Shown one piece after another: positions 8,201-15,784 of a DNA stretch of 33,993 bases (its first letter is position 1; each line of letters starts with the position of its first letter). Source of the stretch: Holosporales bacterium (GTDB lineage Bacteria > Pseudomonadota > Alphaproteobacteria > Caedimonadales > UBA9215); assembly GCA_003503995.1 (NCBI GenBank), contig DOCA01000189.1:1-33993 (forward strand). The letters are read 5' to 3'. The translations under genes were made by a program, and so were the position numbers. The notes under the pieces are model-generated. The model was not told the origin of the DNA, searched no databases, and was given only the letters and a program-made list of their open reading frames with translations.

Positions 8201-10550
8201 CCGCGGACAAGCTTTGGGCCCCCAACAGGGACTATATAAGCCAGAAGGCAACTCAAAGGTCAAGGGTGTTGAGGCTGGGGGAAAGAAAACGTCTTCCAAC
8301 GAAAACCCCCAACCCTCTAAAGAAACTATCATAAGAACGGAAAAGGGTGGCAATAAAAATGTAGATGCTCCCTCAGATGGATTCCTTAAAAAAGGAGAGG
8401 GGGCTACTCCCTTATCTTCCTCTAAGACGAAGGCGGATGTTTCATCAAATCATGATAGACAAAAGGATAGGCAGGTCGTTGAGGGTTCTGTTGTTGCCGA
8501 GGTCTCAAACGATCTTCTTCATAAGAAGTCTGAAGTTATTAACGCCTCACCTAAGACCGATGCATTAGAGAAACCTATTGCTGCACCAGAGACTGTTCCT
8601 TCAAAACTTGCAAAAAAAGAGCCTCAGTTGAAGGATATAAATAAGGTCGTTTTGAAATCGTCTTCTAAGTCAGTTACAGAAGCGGTGATTAATAAAGCGA
8701 AGGGGGCTAATAAAACACCTCTTTCAAAGCATGATTTTAAAAAGTTTGTCAAAAATGTTGAAGGTTCTATTCGTATAGAAGATCTAGCTAAGGACCTTCT
8801 TGGGTCAGGTAACATCAATTCATCTTTATCCAACAGCTCCAAGTTGCGTTTTGGCCGTAAGGGAAGTTTGAGTATTAATTTAACGGGTCTTCATGCCGGT
8901 TCTTGGAAAAATTGGGAAAGCAATGAGAGGGGCAGTATTTTGTCCTTAGTTCAAGCTGAGAAGGGATTAGATTTTAACGGGGCCTTATCTTACGTAAGAG
9001 ATTATTGCCGAGGCAGTGCGTCCAATGAGATTGACTCATTCCTCAAAGGAGAGAAGGGGAGTGAAGTTTCACCAGCGGAACGCCAAGCAGAAAGAGAAGC
9101 GTCTAAGCTAGAGCAACAACAAAGAGAAAAAGAAGCTCTTTCTCTTAAGGAAGCCAAGCTATCAGATATAAGCGCACTTATAGAGAAGACCCGTCAAATT
9201 ACTGGAACGCCCGCAGAGACCTACCTCAGGAAAGAAAGAGGTATTCAAGGGGAGCTGTCTGATTCTTTAAGATACCTTCCTGCTTGGACGACATTTACTT
9301 ATAGCGGTCATGATGGCAACACGTCATTTGGTGGGGCGTTGGTTTCGGTGGCTAAAGACTTAGGTGGGAAAACAACCGCTGTTCAGTTAACGTATCTCAC
9401 AGCAGAGGGTGAGCGCTCCAAGGATAAAGCTGGCGAGAAATATGGGAAGAAGAGTTTTGGTGTTGTTAAAGGGTCCTTTGTTGAGCTTCAAAAAGGTGAT
9501 GCGAATAGTCCCATTGTTTTAGCGGAAGGTGTGGAAACAGCTTTATCTGTAAAAGAGGCAGGGATTAAGGGAAGTATTTACTGTTCCCTTGGCACCTCAA
9601 ATATGGAGAACCTTGAGGTAAAAGACCGTGATGTTATAATCGCAGGTGACTGGGATGGCAGTACGGATAAACCCTCTTGGCTCTCAACTGAAAAGGCGAA
9701 AGTCTCTTTGGAAGAAAAGGGAAACAGGGTTCAAATTATCCTTCCTGTTGAGACTAAAGAAAACTCAAATAAGAAATTGGATTTTAACGATTTATTAACC
9801 AGTGACGGGGTAAAATCCCTACAGTCGCTTTTGCAGGGACAAGTACCTGGGTTAATCACATCATCGTTATTGCCCAGGGAAAACCAAAGCGAGCACAATC
9901 ATGAAAAAATCAATGATATCTCCTCAAACAAAACAACAACTGATCTCTCTAAGTCTGGGAGTCCAACAGAACACGTCAAGACGCAAGAAAAGCCCTTGGA
10001 GCAGAGTGCTGAGATTTCTGATGGGGAGAAATTAAAGGCAAACATTAAAGACTACCTCACCCAAGAGCTATGCCTTGAAAAGAATAAACATTTCAATAAA
10101 GAAAATATTTTTAAACATGTTGAGTCTGATCCCTTAGGTTATCTTAAATGGTGGCAAGATAAACGGGACGGTGCCCCCTTTGATCCTCAAGTCCCCTTAG
10201 CGGAACAACAGAATGTTTCTAATAATGCCCATGGGAATATTTCAGGTGGTATTCCTGAAAGAAGCCTTAATGCTCTGAGTTCTACAGATGATTTTGTGAA
10301 GGATTTAAAGTCCCTTGATGACGTTATTAGGGTTTTGTCTGAGAGTGATCGTTCTCCTGAAAAATTGGACCGTTACTCGAAAGAGCTCGAAAGTAAGCTG
10401 TTAGATATCAATGATAAAGGGGTTGTGATGGATGATCTAAAAGAAAGATACCCAGAGGTAGCAGATCGCGCCATTCAATTAAAACAAGAACGCCAGCAAA
10501 TTCAACATCAAGAACAATCGGTTGCTCAAAGGCATGGTCTTGAGAGATAG
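5268..10550 (+). CDS. traA: TraA_Ti-type multidomain relaxase: MobA/MobL relaxase, RecD-like helicase, low-complexity linker, Toprim primase-like domain, C-terminal extension
   Basis: N-terminal HIGIISRSKGSTVDALAYRAG (catalytic Tyr context) and HFDVNEETGETNPHCHVV (His triad). Walker A GYAGAGKT near 6463-6480, DEAGMV Walker B, and the helicase C-terminus WAVTIHKNQGATVD. Later SKLRFGRKGSLSINLTGLHAGSWKNWESNERGSILSLV and the Toprim motifs LAEGVETALS / IIAGDWDG / DFNDLL (about 9514-9800). Confidence 0.95.
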   Translation: MYSMHIGIISRSKGSTVDALAYRAGVKLECPLTGEIFNRESKEVEDVILSLPKESPDWAVDLKDLIKEDRTKGVQEFCNIVESAENRKDSQVYREFRISIPREFTKEQGKEFINDFVQDQVCGLGITALKNFHFDVNEETGETNPHCHVVALTRGLTETGLGLKERDWNKKQVHEQWRSQLAAYGNYHLLKNGFEANWDHRSYKDRGINFEPQPKLGSKIIKMESQAGQDPKDIHSKPVTERGREYQEVKLRNLYTLINRPEEALDSVSKQQVTFMWGDVAKVIARYVDDQALFERLSLKIQNSPELVCLKKEGSFTESIFTTRTRLAEEKKFVDTINVLKGNKNHGVNPSLVESSIEKANIQLRESKNDPKASLSDDQVNAIKHMSLSNQLSFVEGYAGAGKTTVMKVMKEIWETSGYQVFGLAPTGKAAENLADCGISSDTVHGFLKSFEHGRSQYDSKTIIVLDEAGMVDHQRFHGLIQAVEKLGIKLVASGDRGQLSPVEAGVPFRLAVAEAGKADLTTVLRQKVPWQKEATVLFGQGRAEEALKAYLDKGHIHFCDEKKPRDVVEQYNLSRRIAGNMGHEIQRDIKIAKERGEHLTFSSHTDYGLFLEWKNTRDACVKDLYGNIETYRDQMRNLGVDGIDFAKKVMKCRLASFGDAYALAKDLKIDWRDKAKHSCDPRFETKQRLIADWFQSTKAHPSDSQAMMAFSNKDVQELNGMARDLKRGAGELGKEEYIYTIERNAGEELGRPQTVREERRFSVGDQIVFTKIDKGLGVNNGTLGRVTELSKSNIKVAIEKDGVSQEISFSPNLYKRFDNGWAVTIHKNQGATVDLAFVLASFEQYKNLAYVALTRHAKNVQVYASRFEFWRDEKLPERLGHAQDKLSSLDYVSSDRALELLQSDEKMLGSSLKKVGQRLEAVGYVGQRAWSTVCDKFLGRPVESNLVRIDRDIENLKSEADRAAEKFNPTPERGVGDRGQALGPQQGLYKPEGNSKVKGVEAGGKKTSSNENPQPSKETIIRTEKGGNKNVDAPSDGFLKKGEGATPLSSSKTKADVSSNHDRQKDRQVVEGSVVAEVSNDLLHKKSEVINASPKTDALEKPIAAPETVPSKLAKKEPQLKDINKVVLKSSSKSVTEAVINKAKGANKTPLSKHDFKKFVKNVEGSIRIEDLAKDLLGSGNINSSLSNSSKLRFGRKGSLSINLTGLHAGSWKNWESNERGSILSLVQAEKGLDFNGALSYVRDYCRGSASNEIDSFLKGEKGSEVSPAERQAEREASKLEQQQREKEALSLKEAKLSDISALIEKTRQITGTPAETYLRKERGIQGELSDSLRYLPAWTTFTYSGHDGNTSFGGALVSVAKDLGGKTTAVQLTYLTAEGERSKDKAGEKYGKKSFGVVKGSFVELQKGDANSPIVLAEGVETALSVKEAGIKGSIYCSLGTSNMENLEVKDRDVIIAGDWDGSTDKPSWLSTEKAKVSLEEKGNRVQIILPVETKENSNKKLDFNDLLTSDGVKSLQSLLQGQVPGLITSSLLPRENQSEHNHEKINDISSNKTTTDLSKSGSPTEHVKTQEKPLEQSAEISDGEKLKANIKDYLTQELCLEKNKHFNKENIFKHVESDPLGYLKWWQDKRDGAPFDPQVPLAEQQNVSNNAHGNISGGIPERSLNALSSTDDFVKDLKSLDDVIRVLSESDRSPEKLDRYSKELESKLLDINDKGVVMDDLKERYPEVADRAIQLKQERQQIQHQEQSVAQRHGLER

Positions 10551-10598
10551 GCTATATTTCAGATGTGAATTATTATTAAAGGCTAGGGAGATAAAATA

Positions 10599-11843
10599 TT
10601 GAGAAAAAAACTAACACAAGAAGCCCCTCACCTTGTTGAAGAATGGATGTCTGAGAAAAACGACAGGCCAATTGAAGAAATAACGGCGGGTTCAAAATAC
10701 GAAGCATGGTGGAAATGTAGAGCCTGTGACAATAAATGGAAAGCACGAGTGTCCATTCGTTCGAGAGGATCTGGATGCCCGCAGTGTTCTGGTCGACAGA
10801 ACATTTCTCTACTGGAAAACTCCCCCCATTTAGCTAAGGAATGGGTGCTTGAAAAGAATACTAGGCCTATTGAAGAAATTAGCACAGGGTCACAATACAA
10901 GGCATGGTGGCAATGTAGAACCTGTGACAACCAATGGGAGGTAAGAGTTTCCCATAGAGTGAAAGGATCTGGTTGTCCCAAATGTGCAGGAAAGCATAGA
11001 ATATCTCTTATAGAAGAAGCACCTCATCTTGTTGAGGAATGGATGTCTGAAAAGAATGTTAGGCCCATTGAGGAGATTACTTCTGGTTCAGGCTATAAAG
11101 CGTGGTGGCAATGTAGAGCCTGTGACAACCAATGGGAAGCTACAGTCGGCAATAGAGTAAAAGGTAATGGATGTTTGCCTTGTTCACAATTAATTAGAAA
11201 GAATCGGCCATATATTGTTGATAAATATAAAAACCTAATTGAGGAATGGGTGTCTGAAAAGAATAGTAGACCCATTGAGGAAATCACGGCAGGGTCAAAC
11301 TACAGGGCGTGGTGGAAATGTAGGGCCTGTGACCAACAATGGGAATCAAGAGTATATGAGAGAACAAAGGGTAGTGGATGCCCGAGATGTGCTGGACGGC
11401 ACGATATCCCTCTTTTAGAACAATCGCCACACTTGGAAAAAGAGTGGATTCCAGAAAAGAATGACAGAAAAATAAATGAAATAACGGCAGGGTCAAACTA
11501 CAAAGCGTGGTGGCAATGTAAGACCTGTGACAACCAATGGCAAGCAGTGGTTGCCCAAAGAGAAAAAGGCACGGACTGCCCTCATTGTGCTGGAAGAACA
11601 GGAATATTTCTTATAGTAAATGAAACTCTCTTGGCTAAAGAATGGATCTCAGAAAAGAACGACAAGCCGCTTGATGAAATAATGTCAGGGTCAAACTACA
11701 AAGCGTGGTGGCAATGTAAGACCTGTGACAACCAATGGCAAGCGATAGTTCAAAGCAGAGTAAAGGGGACAGGTTGTCCTAAATGTAGGCTAGAAAAAAA
11801 GAAAATAGCTCAACCTAAATTTCCAAGCAACATAATAGAATGA
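10599..11843 (+). CDS. Protein of six tandem ~66-aa zinc-ribbon repeats (resembles the 'probable zinc-ribbon' DUF4379-type module)
   Basis: Each unit has the pattern xHLxxEW-x-EKN-x-RPIEEIT-GS-xYKAWWQC-x-CDNQW-x-V-x-R-x-KG-xGCPxC. TTG start at 10599 with AGGGAG 8-13 nt upstream. Begins 48 nt after the traA stop. Confidence 0.85.
   Translation: MRKKLTQEAPHLVEEWMSEKNDRPIEEITAGSKYEAWWKCRACDNKWKARVSIRSRGSGCPQCSGRQNISLLENSPHLAKEWVLEKNTRPIEEISTGSQYKAWWQCRTCDNQWEVRVSHRVKGSGCPKCAGKHRISLIEEAPHLVEEWMSEKNVRPIEEITSGSGYKAWWQCRACDNQWEATVGNRVKGNGCLPCSQLIRKNRPYIVDKYKNLIEEWVSEKNSRPIEEITAGSNYRAWWKCRACDQQWESRVYERTKGSGCPRCAGRHDIPLLEQSPHLEKEWIPEKNDRKINEITAGSNYKAWWQCKTCDNQWQAVVAQREKGTDCPHCAGRTGIFLIVNETLLAKEWISEKNDKPLDEIMSGSNYKAWWQCKTCDNQWQAIVQSRVKGTGCPKCRLEKKKIAQPKFPSNIIE
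10623..11793 (+). repeat. In-frame tandem DNA repeat, period about 198 nt (one unit 207), six units
   Basis: Units begin near 10638, 10836, 11034, 11241, 11439 and 11637. Units 5 and 6 share a perfect 58-nt identity (11488-11545 = 11686-11743). Confidence 0.85.
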
Positions 11844-11846
11844 TTA

Positions 11847-11942
11847 GGGTATACCCAAAGAGAACTATCTAAATAGGTGGTACAGTTAGTTGTTATATAA
11901 TTCATACTGTACCGCTAAACGGAAACCATGTATACTGTACCG
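11847..11942. promoter_or_regulatory. Candidate res / recombinase-binding region
   Basis: GGTACAGT (11879-11886) is inverted relative to ATACTGTACCG (11904-11914), across an AT-rich spacer. A second direct copy ATACTGTACCG lies at 11932-11942, abutting the recombinase ATG. There is also a 10-bp palindrome GGGTATACCC at 11847-11856. Confidence 0.4.
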
Positions 11943-11943
11943 T

Positions 11944-12561
11944 ATGAGAATATATGCATATCTACGAGCAAGCACTGAACAACAAAACGCAAATCGTGCG
12001 AAATCATCTCTTGAGAAATTTGTTAAAGATTTGAATCAAACCATCAGTGCTTGGTTTGTTGAAAACGAAAGTGGGACGAAGCTCAAGAGACCAGAACTAT
12101 TCCGCCTTTTAGAGGTCGCTCAACATGGCGACGTTTTATTAGTCGAACAAGTTGACCGCATTAGTCGCCTTAAAACAGATGATTGGGAAATCCTCAAGAC
12201 GCTCATCATGAAGAAGGGCATACGAATTGTGGCCTTGGATCTGCCAACATCTCATCAATTCATAAATAAAAACACCGATGAATTTACACAACGCATGCTA
12301 GAGGCTATCAACGCCATGCTTCTTGATATGTTAGCTGCTGTTTCTCGTAAAGATTACGAGGACAGAAAGCGCAGACAGCTAGAAGGAATCAAAATAGCTA
12401 AAAAAAGTGGGAAGTATAAAGGCCGTCCAGTTAACCAGAAGCTCCATGAGAATATTTCTGCACTCTTGCAAGCTGGAAAGAGTTATGGGTCAATCGTAGA
12501 TCTGTTAGGGTGTTCGAGATCAACAATTTCTAAGATTAGAAAGCTACAAATGGTTGGATAA
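11944..12561 (+). CDS. Small serine recombinase (resolvase/invertase family), 205 aa
   Basis: MRIYAYLRASTEQQ (catalytic Ser context), LLVEQVDRISRL, and the C-terminal HTH SYGSIVDLLGCSRSTISKIRK. The ORF-track TTG at 11890 would add 18 non-conserved residues. I prefer the ATG at 11944. Confidence 0.9.
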   Translation: MRIYAYLRASTEQQNANRAKSSLEKFVKDLNQTISAWFVENESGTKLKRPELFRLLEVAQHGDVLLVEQVDRISRLKTDDWEILKTLIMKKGIRIVALDLPTSHQFINKNTDEFTQRMLEAINAMLLDMLAAVSRKDYEDRKRRQLEGIKIAKKSGKYKGRPVNQKLHENISALLQAGKSYGSIVDLLGCSRSTISKIRKLQMVG

Positions 12562-12572
12562 GAGAGAAGCTA

Positions 12573-13214
12573 TTGAAAAATAAAAGAAAATTATACCTAA
12601 AACAGCTAAACAGCCTTCATGAAATATACTTGGGTCTTAAAACACTACATAGTTGCACGACACCTCCTGAGGGATATATGTACAATGATCAGTACCTCTC
12701 CTTCGCCCATTTAGAAACTACAAAGCTTCTTTTGGGAAGGGTTTGGATTCTTTTGGCCGATGAATATGGGGGGAACGACCGAAATAGGCATAATCCAATC
12801 AGTTTTAAAGTATTACTCAAAAAGATTATTGATGACGGAAATATTTCTGCTAAGGAGTGGAGAGGAAAAGAGCTTGTGAGCAAGGAAGATTTAAGGGAAC
12901 TTCTTAAAAAAATAGAGCTCCTTAATCAGGAAAAAACAGACGAAGGGGAGTTAAAATATAATTACTTTAGAAATAAAATGTATGCTCATATTGATTTGAA
13001 CGATGATGGAACGCTAAAAAAAATAAATCAACTGAGTATATCTCAAGGAGATTTTACTACATTGTTCACATTATCAGAAAAAGCTTATGATAAGCTTTTT
13101 CTTTATCTTGATTGCGCTAGCAGTGACCATATGGAGGGTTACATGAATACTCTTAAAGAGAGTATTTGGAATTCTTTTGAAAATGCAGGCCTCATAGAAA
13201 AAAAGACTAGGTAG
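12573..13214 (+). CDS. HEPN-like protein (Rx5H motif, AbiU2-like), 213 aa
   Basis: YFRNKMYAHID: R133 (12969-12971) and H139 (12987-12989) form an R-N-K-x-x-A-H signature typical of Abi-type HEPN domains, in a helical ~200-aa protein. Starts 12 nt after the recombinase stop (TTG start). Assignment made by eye only. Confidence 0.5.
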   Translation: MKNKRKLYLKQLNSLHEIYLGLKTLHSCTTPPEGYMYNDQYLSFAHLETTKLLLGRVWILLADEYGGNDRNRHNPISFKVLLKKIIDDGNISAKEWRGKELVSKEDLRELLKKIELLNQEKTDEGELKYNYFRNKMYAHIDLNDDGTLKKINQLSISQGDFTTLFTLSEKAYDKLFLYLDCASSDHMEGYMNTLKESIWNSFENAGLIEKKTR

Positions 13215-13292
13215 AAGCTATGCCTATTTTTACCAATATGGGGTTCGTGCTAGAAGGCCTTATAGACATAAAACATTTGAAGTGAGTAGAAA

Positions 13293-13943
13293 ATGGATGA
13301 ATCATTAAAGGAAAAAGTAAGGAGAGCTAGATCAAGTGGATTTGACCTTCCTAAGGAAATTACCTCTGCGAAAGAAATTCTGCCAGATGGAAATATGGCC
13401 TATGTATTTAGCCATGATTCGCTTGGGCAATTAGGAAGATTAATTATCTTGCCACACCCCAGTGGCCAATCACAAATTAACTATGAGGTATCAGGATCGC
13501 CAGATGATCCTCTCACACAAAAGAGAACGGAGATTATCACGCCGATCTTTAAGAAAATCATCGATCAAATGGATGCGATTCTTGGCACGAGTGATCAACC
13601 CGTACAATCGGGACCTACAAGCAAAAAAACAAATAAGATTAAAAGTATGATCTTTCCTTGTGATGATTGCAATGCACCAGTAGCTATGTTGCTTTATGCA
13701 GAATCAAATACCAACGCTGCAATAGAAGATGTTGCTCGATTGATGTTTGATAACCTTGATAAGGTTGACGTGCCAGCCTGGATTATGGGACCAGAAGAAA
13801 AAATAGTCGAAGAAGGCCGCGAAGGAATTCAATCATTGTCTTTGAAAGTGTGGCCTATACGAGAAGAAATTAAAACAGTTACCTCTTTTGAAATGCACCC
13901 TGTTTTCTTGGATTTGATGCAGAACCATTGCAAACAAAAATAA
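13293..13943 (+). CDS. Hypothetical protein, 216 aa, no motif recognised (single CDDC pair)
   Basis: Clean ORF on the same strand as, and 78 nt downstream of, the HEPN-like gene. Confidence 0.65.
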   Translation: MDESLKEKVRRARSSGFDLPKEITSAKEILPDGNMAYVFSHDSLGQLGRLIILPHPSGQSQINYEVSGSPDDPLTQKRTEIITPIFKKIIDQMDAILGTSDQPVQSGPTSKKTNKIKSMIFPCDDCNAPVAMLLYAESNTNAAIEDVARLMFDNLDKVDVPAWIMGPEEKIVEEGREGIQSLSLKVWPIREEIKTVTSFEMHPVFLDLMQNHCKQK

Positions 13944-13971
13944 CTAGCAGAATGGTCTTTAGAAAATGATA

Positions 13972-14000
13972 TTGACACCTATAACGTTATGTGTAATAAT
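13972..14000 (+). promoter_or_regulatory. Sigma70-like promoter for higBA with an embedded palindromic operator candidate
   Basis: TTGACA (13972-13977), 16-17 nt spacer, then TAATAAT (13994-14000) preceded by TG. The perfect palindrome ATAACGTTAT (13981-13990) lies in the spacer. The -10 ends 5 nt before the higB ATG. Confidence 0.45.
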
Positions 14001-14005
14001 TAAGT

Positions 14006-14287
14006 ATGATTAAGTCTTTTTCGTGCAAAAAAACAAAAAAAATATGGGAAGGACTTAAAGTTAAAAGCCTGTCTATAGAACTGCAAAATCATGCAAGGCG
14101 AAAGCTGCGTATGTTAAACAACGCTAGGATTATAGATGATTTGAAAATCCCCCCAGGGAATAAACTTGAAGCCTTAACTGGTGACCGAAAAGGCCAGTTT
14201 AGTATTCGGGTTAACCAGCAATGGCGCATTTGTTTTATATGGGAAAATGGTGATGCCCTCAATGTGCACATTATTGATTACCACTAA
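14006..14287 (+). CDS. higB: HigB toxin (RelE/ParE superfamily, 'plasmid maintenance system killer')
   Basis: MIKSF..KKTKKIWEG ... LTGDRKGQFSIRVNQQWRICFIWENGDALNVHIIDYH matches the HigB family end to end. Confidence 0.9.
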   Translation: MIKSFSCKKTKKIWEGLKVKSLSIELQNHARRKLRMLNNARIIDDLKIPPGNKLEALTGDRKGQFSIRVNQQWRICFIWENGDALNVHIIDYH

Positions 14288-14301
14288 GGAAGGAGAAAAC
14301 T

Positions 14302-14595
14302 ATGCCTTATTTAAAAAATATACATCCCGGCGAGGTTCTTCAAGAAGAGTTCCTTTTGCCCATGGGCCTATCTCAAACGAGGGCGGCAAAAGATATGGGC
14401 GTTTCACCGAGAAGAATTAATGAAATTGTCTTAGGCAAGCGTTCTATCACAGCAGACACTGCCATGAGGCTTTCATTATACTTTGGAACCTCTGAGCTAT
14501 TTTGGATGGGACTTCAAGGTGATTATGACTTAGACGAAGTCAAACGCCAAAAAGGGGACGAAATAAAGGCCAGTGTGGTTTCATTACCACACTAA
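14302..14595 (+). CDS. higA: HigA antitoxin (XRE HTH)
   Basis: HPGEVLQEEFLLPMGLSQTRAAKDMGVSPRRINEIVLGKRSITADTAMRLSLYFGTSELFWMGLQGDYDL is a canonical HigA. It follows higB, in the usual toxin-first order. Confidence 0.9.
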   Translation: MPYLKNIHPGEVLQEEFLLPMGLSQTRAAKDMGVSPRRINEIVLGKRSITADTAMRLSLYFGTSELFWMGLQGDYDLDEVKRQKGDEIKASVVSLPH

Positions 14596-14672
14596 TATTT
14601 TCACTCATCTCCATATCTCAAATAAATCCCTATGTTGTAATGGGCACTGGGGTCAGGTTCTTATTTCCATAC

Positions 14673-15764
14673 CTATCCACTTTTCTGATCCTTGATCATT
14701 CTCAAATTATTAGCAGATTTACTTACGGCTGCATGAAGGTCCTCTTGGGATTTATATTGATTTATATTTTTCATAGCTCCCTCATATGCGCTAAAAATTA
14801 GATCCTGATTATATTGCTCTTCAACGGAAACAAATTCCTCCTTTTCGGGGTTAAGTTCATCATTAATTATATAATCTTTGAATGAAATTCGACTGCGATG
14901 AGGGCCGTTCTTGTAACACTCAGATAAAAACATGTTCCCTGAGCGAACTTTTTCTAGTTCTTCTGTTGGTAAGCAATACCCCCCAAACCTTATAGAAGCT
15001 TTCCTGCAGAACATAAGGATTGCCTTTAAGTAAAGCCTAGCTCCAATATAGTTCCAACGTTCATTGTCCCATATTTCATAGACAGTATTTTGAAAAGCGT
15101 TTCTAGGCTGATCAATTTTTAAGCCAACAGTAATATTAATATCTTCAGATTGGTCTTGAGAGTTCCGAGCGTCCTTCATTGTTTTTTTAGTTTCTTTTTG
15201 ATCTAAAAGGAAGAATATCTCTACATTATTTCCCAAAATCTTGTAATGAAAATACTGATCTATCAAATTTTCAAAATTTTTATACCAAATTTTATTGGAT
15301 GGTATAAAACTTGGGCTATTTTCAAGACCCTTCAACCAATTTTCCTCTACTGCAAACATTTCGCTAGTTTTTTTTATTATGCTTGGGCTCAGTTTGTTTA
15401 AAAGACTCACTTTATCGTTTAAGTCAGATCTATAAATTTCACCACCAAAGAAATTAGGTATGTCTATAAGAGCTATATTGTGTTTTCTGAAGACATCAAT
15501 AAACCTAAAAAAGGATGAGTCTAATTCATCATGTTTGTCGGGTAGCGAAGATTCCATTACAGCTTTTAAGGTCATTGATATGAACTCATTGAGTCCGAAA
15601 CCAAGGGATTTTGCCTGTATATCAACGAATTTTCTCACTTTCGGCTCTAACCTAATTGATGTTGTTACTTTTTGAGAGGTATGGTCACCCTCATCAGCAA
15701 GGGGGCTGAAATCTGTCTTTTTTAAAAGCACACTCAAGAGAGAGTGTATCGATAATTGCTTCAT
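14673..15764 (-). CDS. Ribbon-helix-helix domain fused to an uncharacterised ~280-aa C-terminal domain (363 aa)
   Basis: TSIRLEPKVRKFVDIQAKSLGFGLNEFISMTLKAVME shows a strand-helix-helix pattern of the CopG/Arc type. The remainder has no recognisable motif. AAGGAAA RBS 6 nt upstream of the ATG. Confidence 0.7.
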   Translation of the reverse strand: MKQLSIHSLLSVLLKKTDFSPLADEGDHTSQKVTTSIRLEPKVRKFVDIQAKSLGFGLNEFISMTLKAVMESSLPDKHDELDSSFFRFIDVFRKHNIALIDIPNFFGGEIYRSDLNDKVSLLNKLSPSIIKKTSEMFAVEENWLKGLENSPSFIPSNKIWYKNFENLIDQYFHYKILGNNVEIFFLLDQKETKKTMKDARNSQDQSEDINITVGLKIDQPRNAFQNTVYEIWDNERWNYIGARLYLKAILMFCRKASIRFGGYCLPTEELEKVRSGNMFLSECYKNGPHRSRISFKDYIINDELNPEKEEFVSVEEQYNQDLIFSAYEGAMKNINQYKSQEDLHAAVSKSANNLRMIKDQKSG

Positions 15765-15784
15765 ATGTTTTCCTTTATGTGAAA

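Noticed and set aside
5451-8842. Nine 60-112-aa ORFs nested in or antisense to traA (5451-5711, 6162-6422, 6170-6352, 6247-6489, 6726-7064, 6739-7068, 7257-7529, 8039-8353, 8365-8568, 8624-8842)
   Set aside because: All lie inside a continuous, motif-rich 1760-aa reading frame, and their sequences are low-complexity or compositionally odd. They are most likely shadow ORFs.
14089-14420. ORFs 14089-14271 (minus) and 14181-14420 (plus) overlapping higB and higA
   Set aside because: They are alternative frames of canonical HigB and HigA coding sequence.
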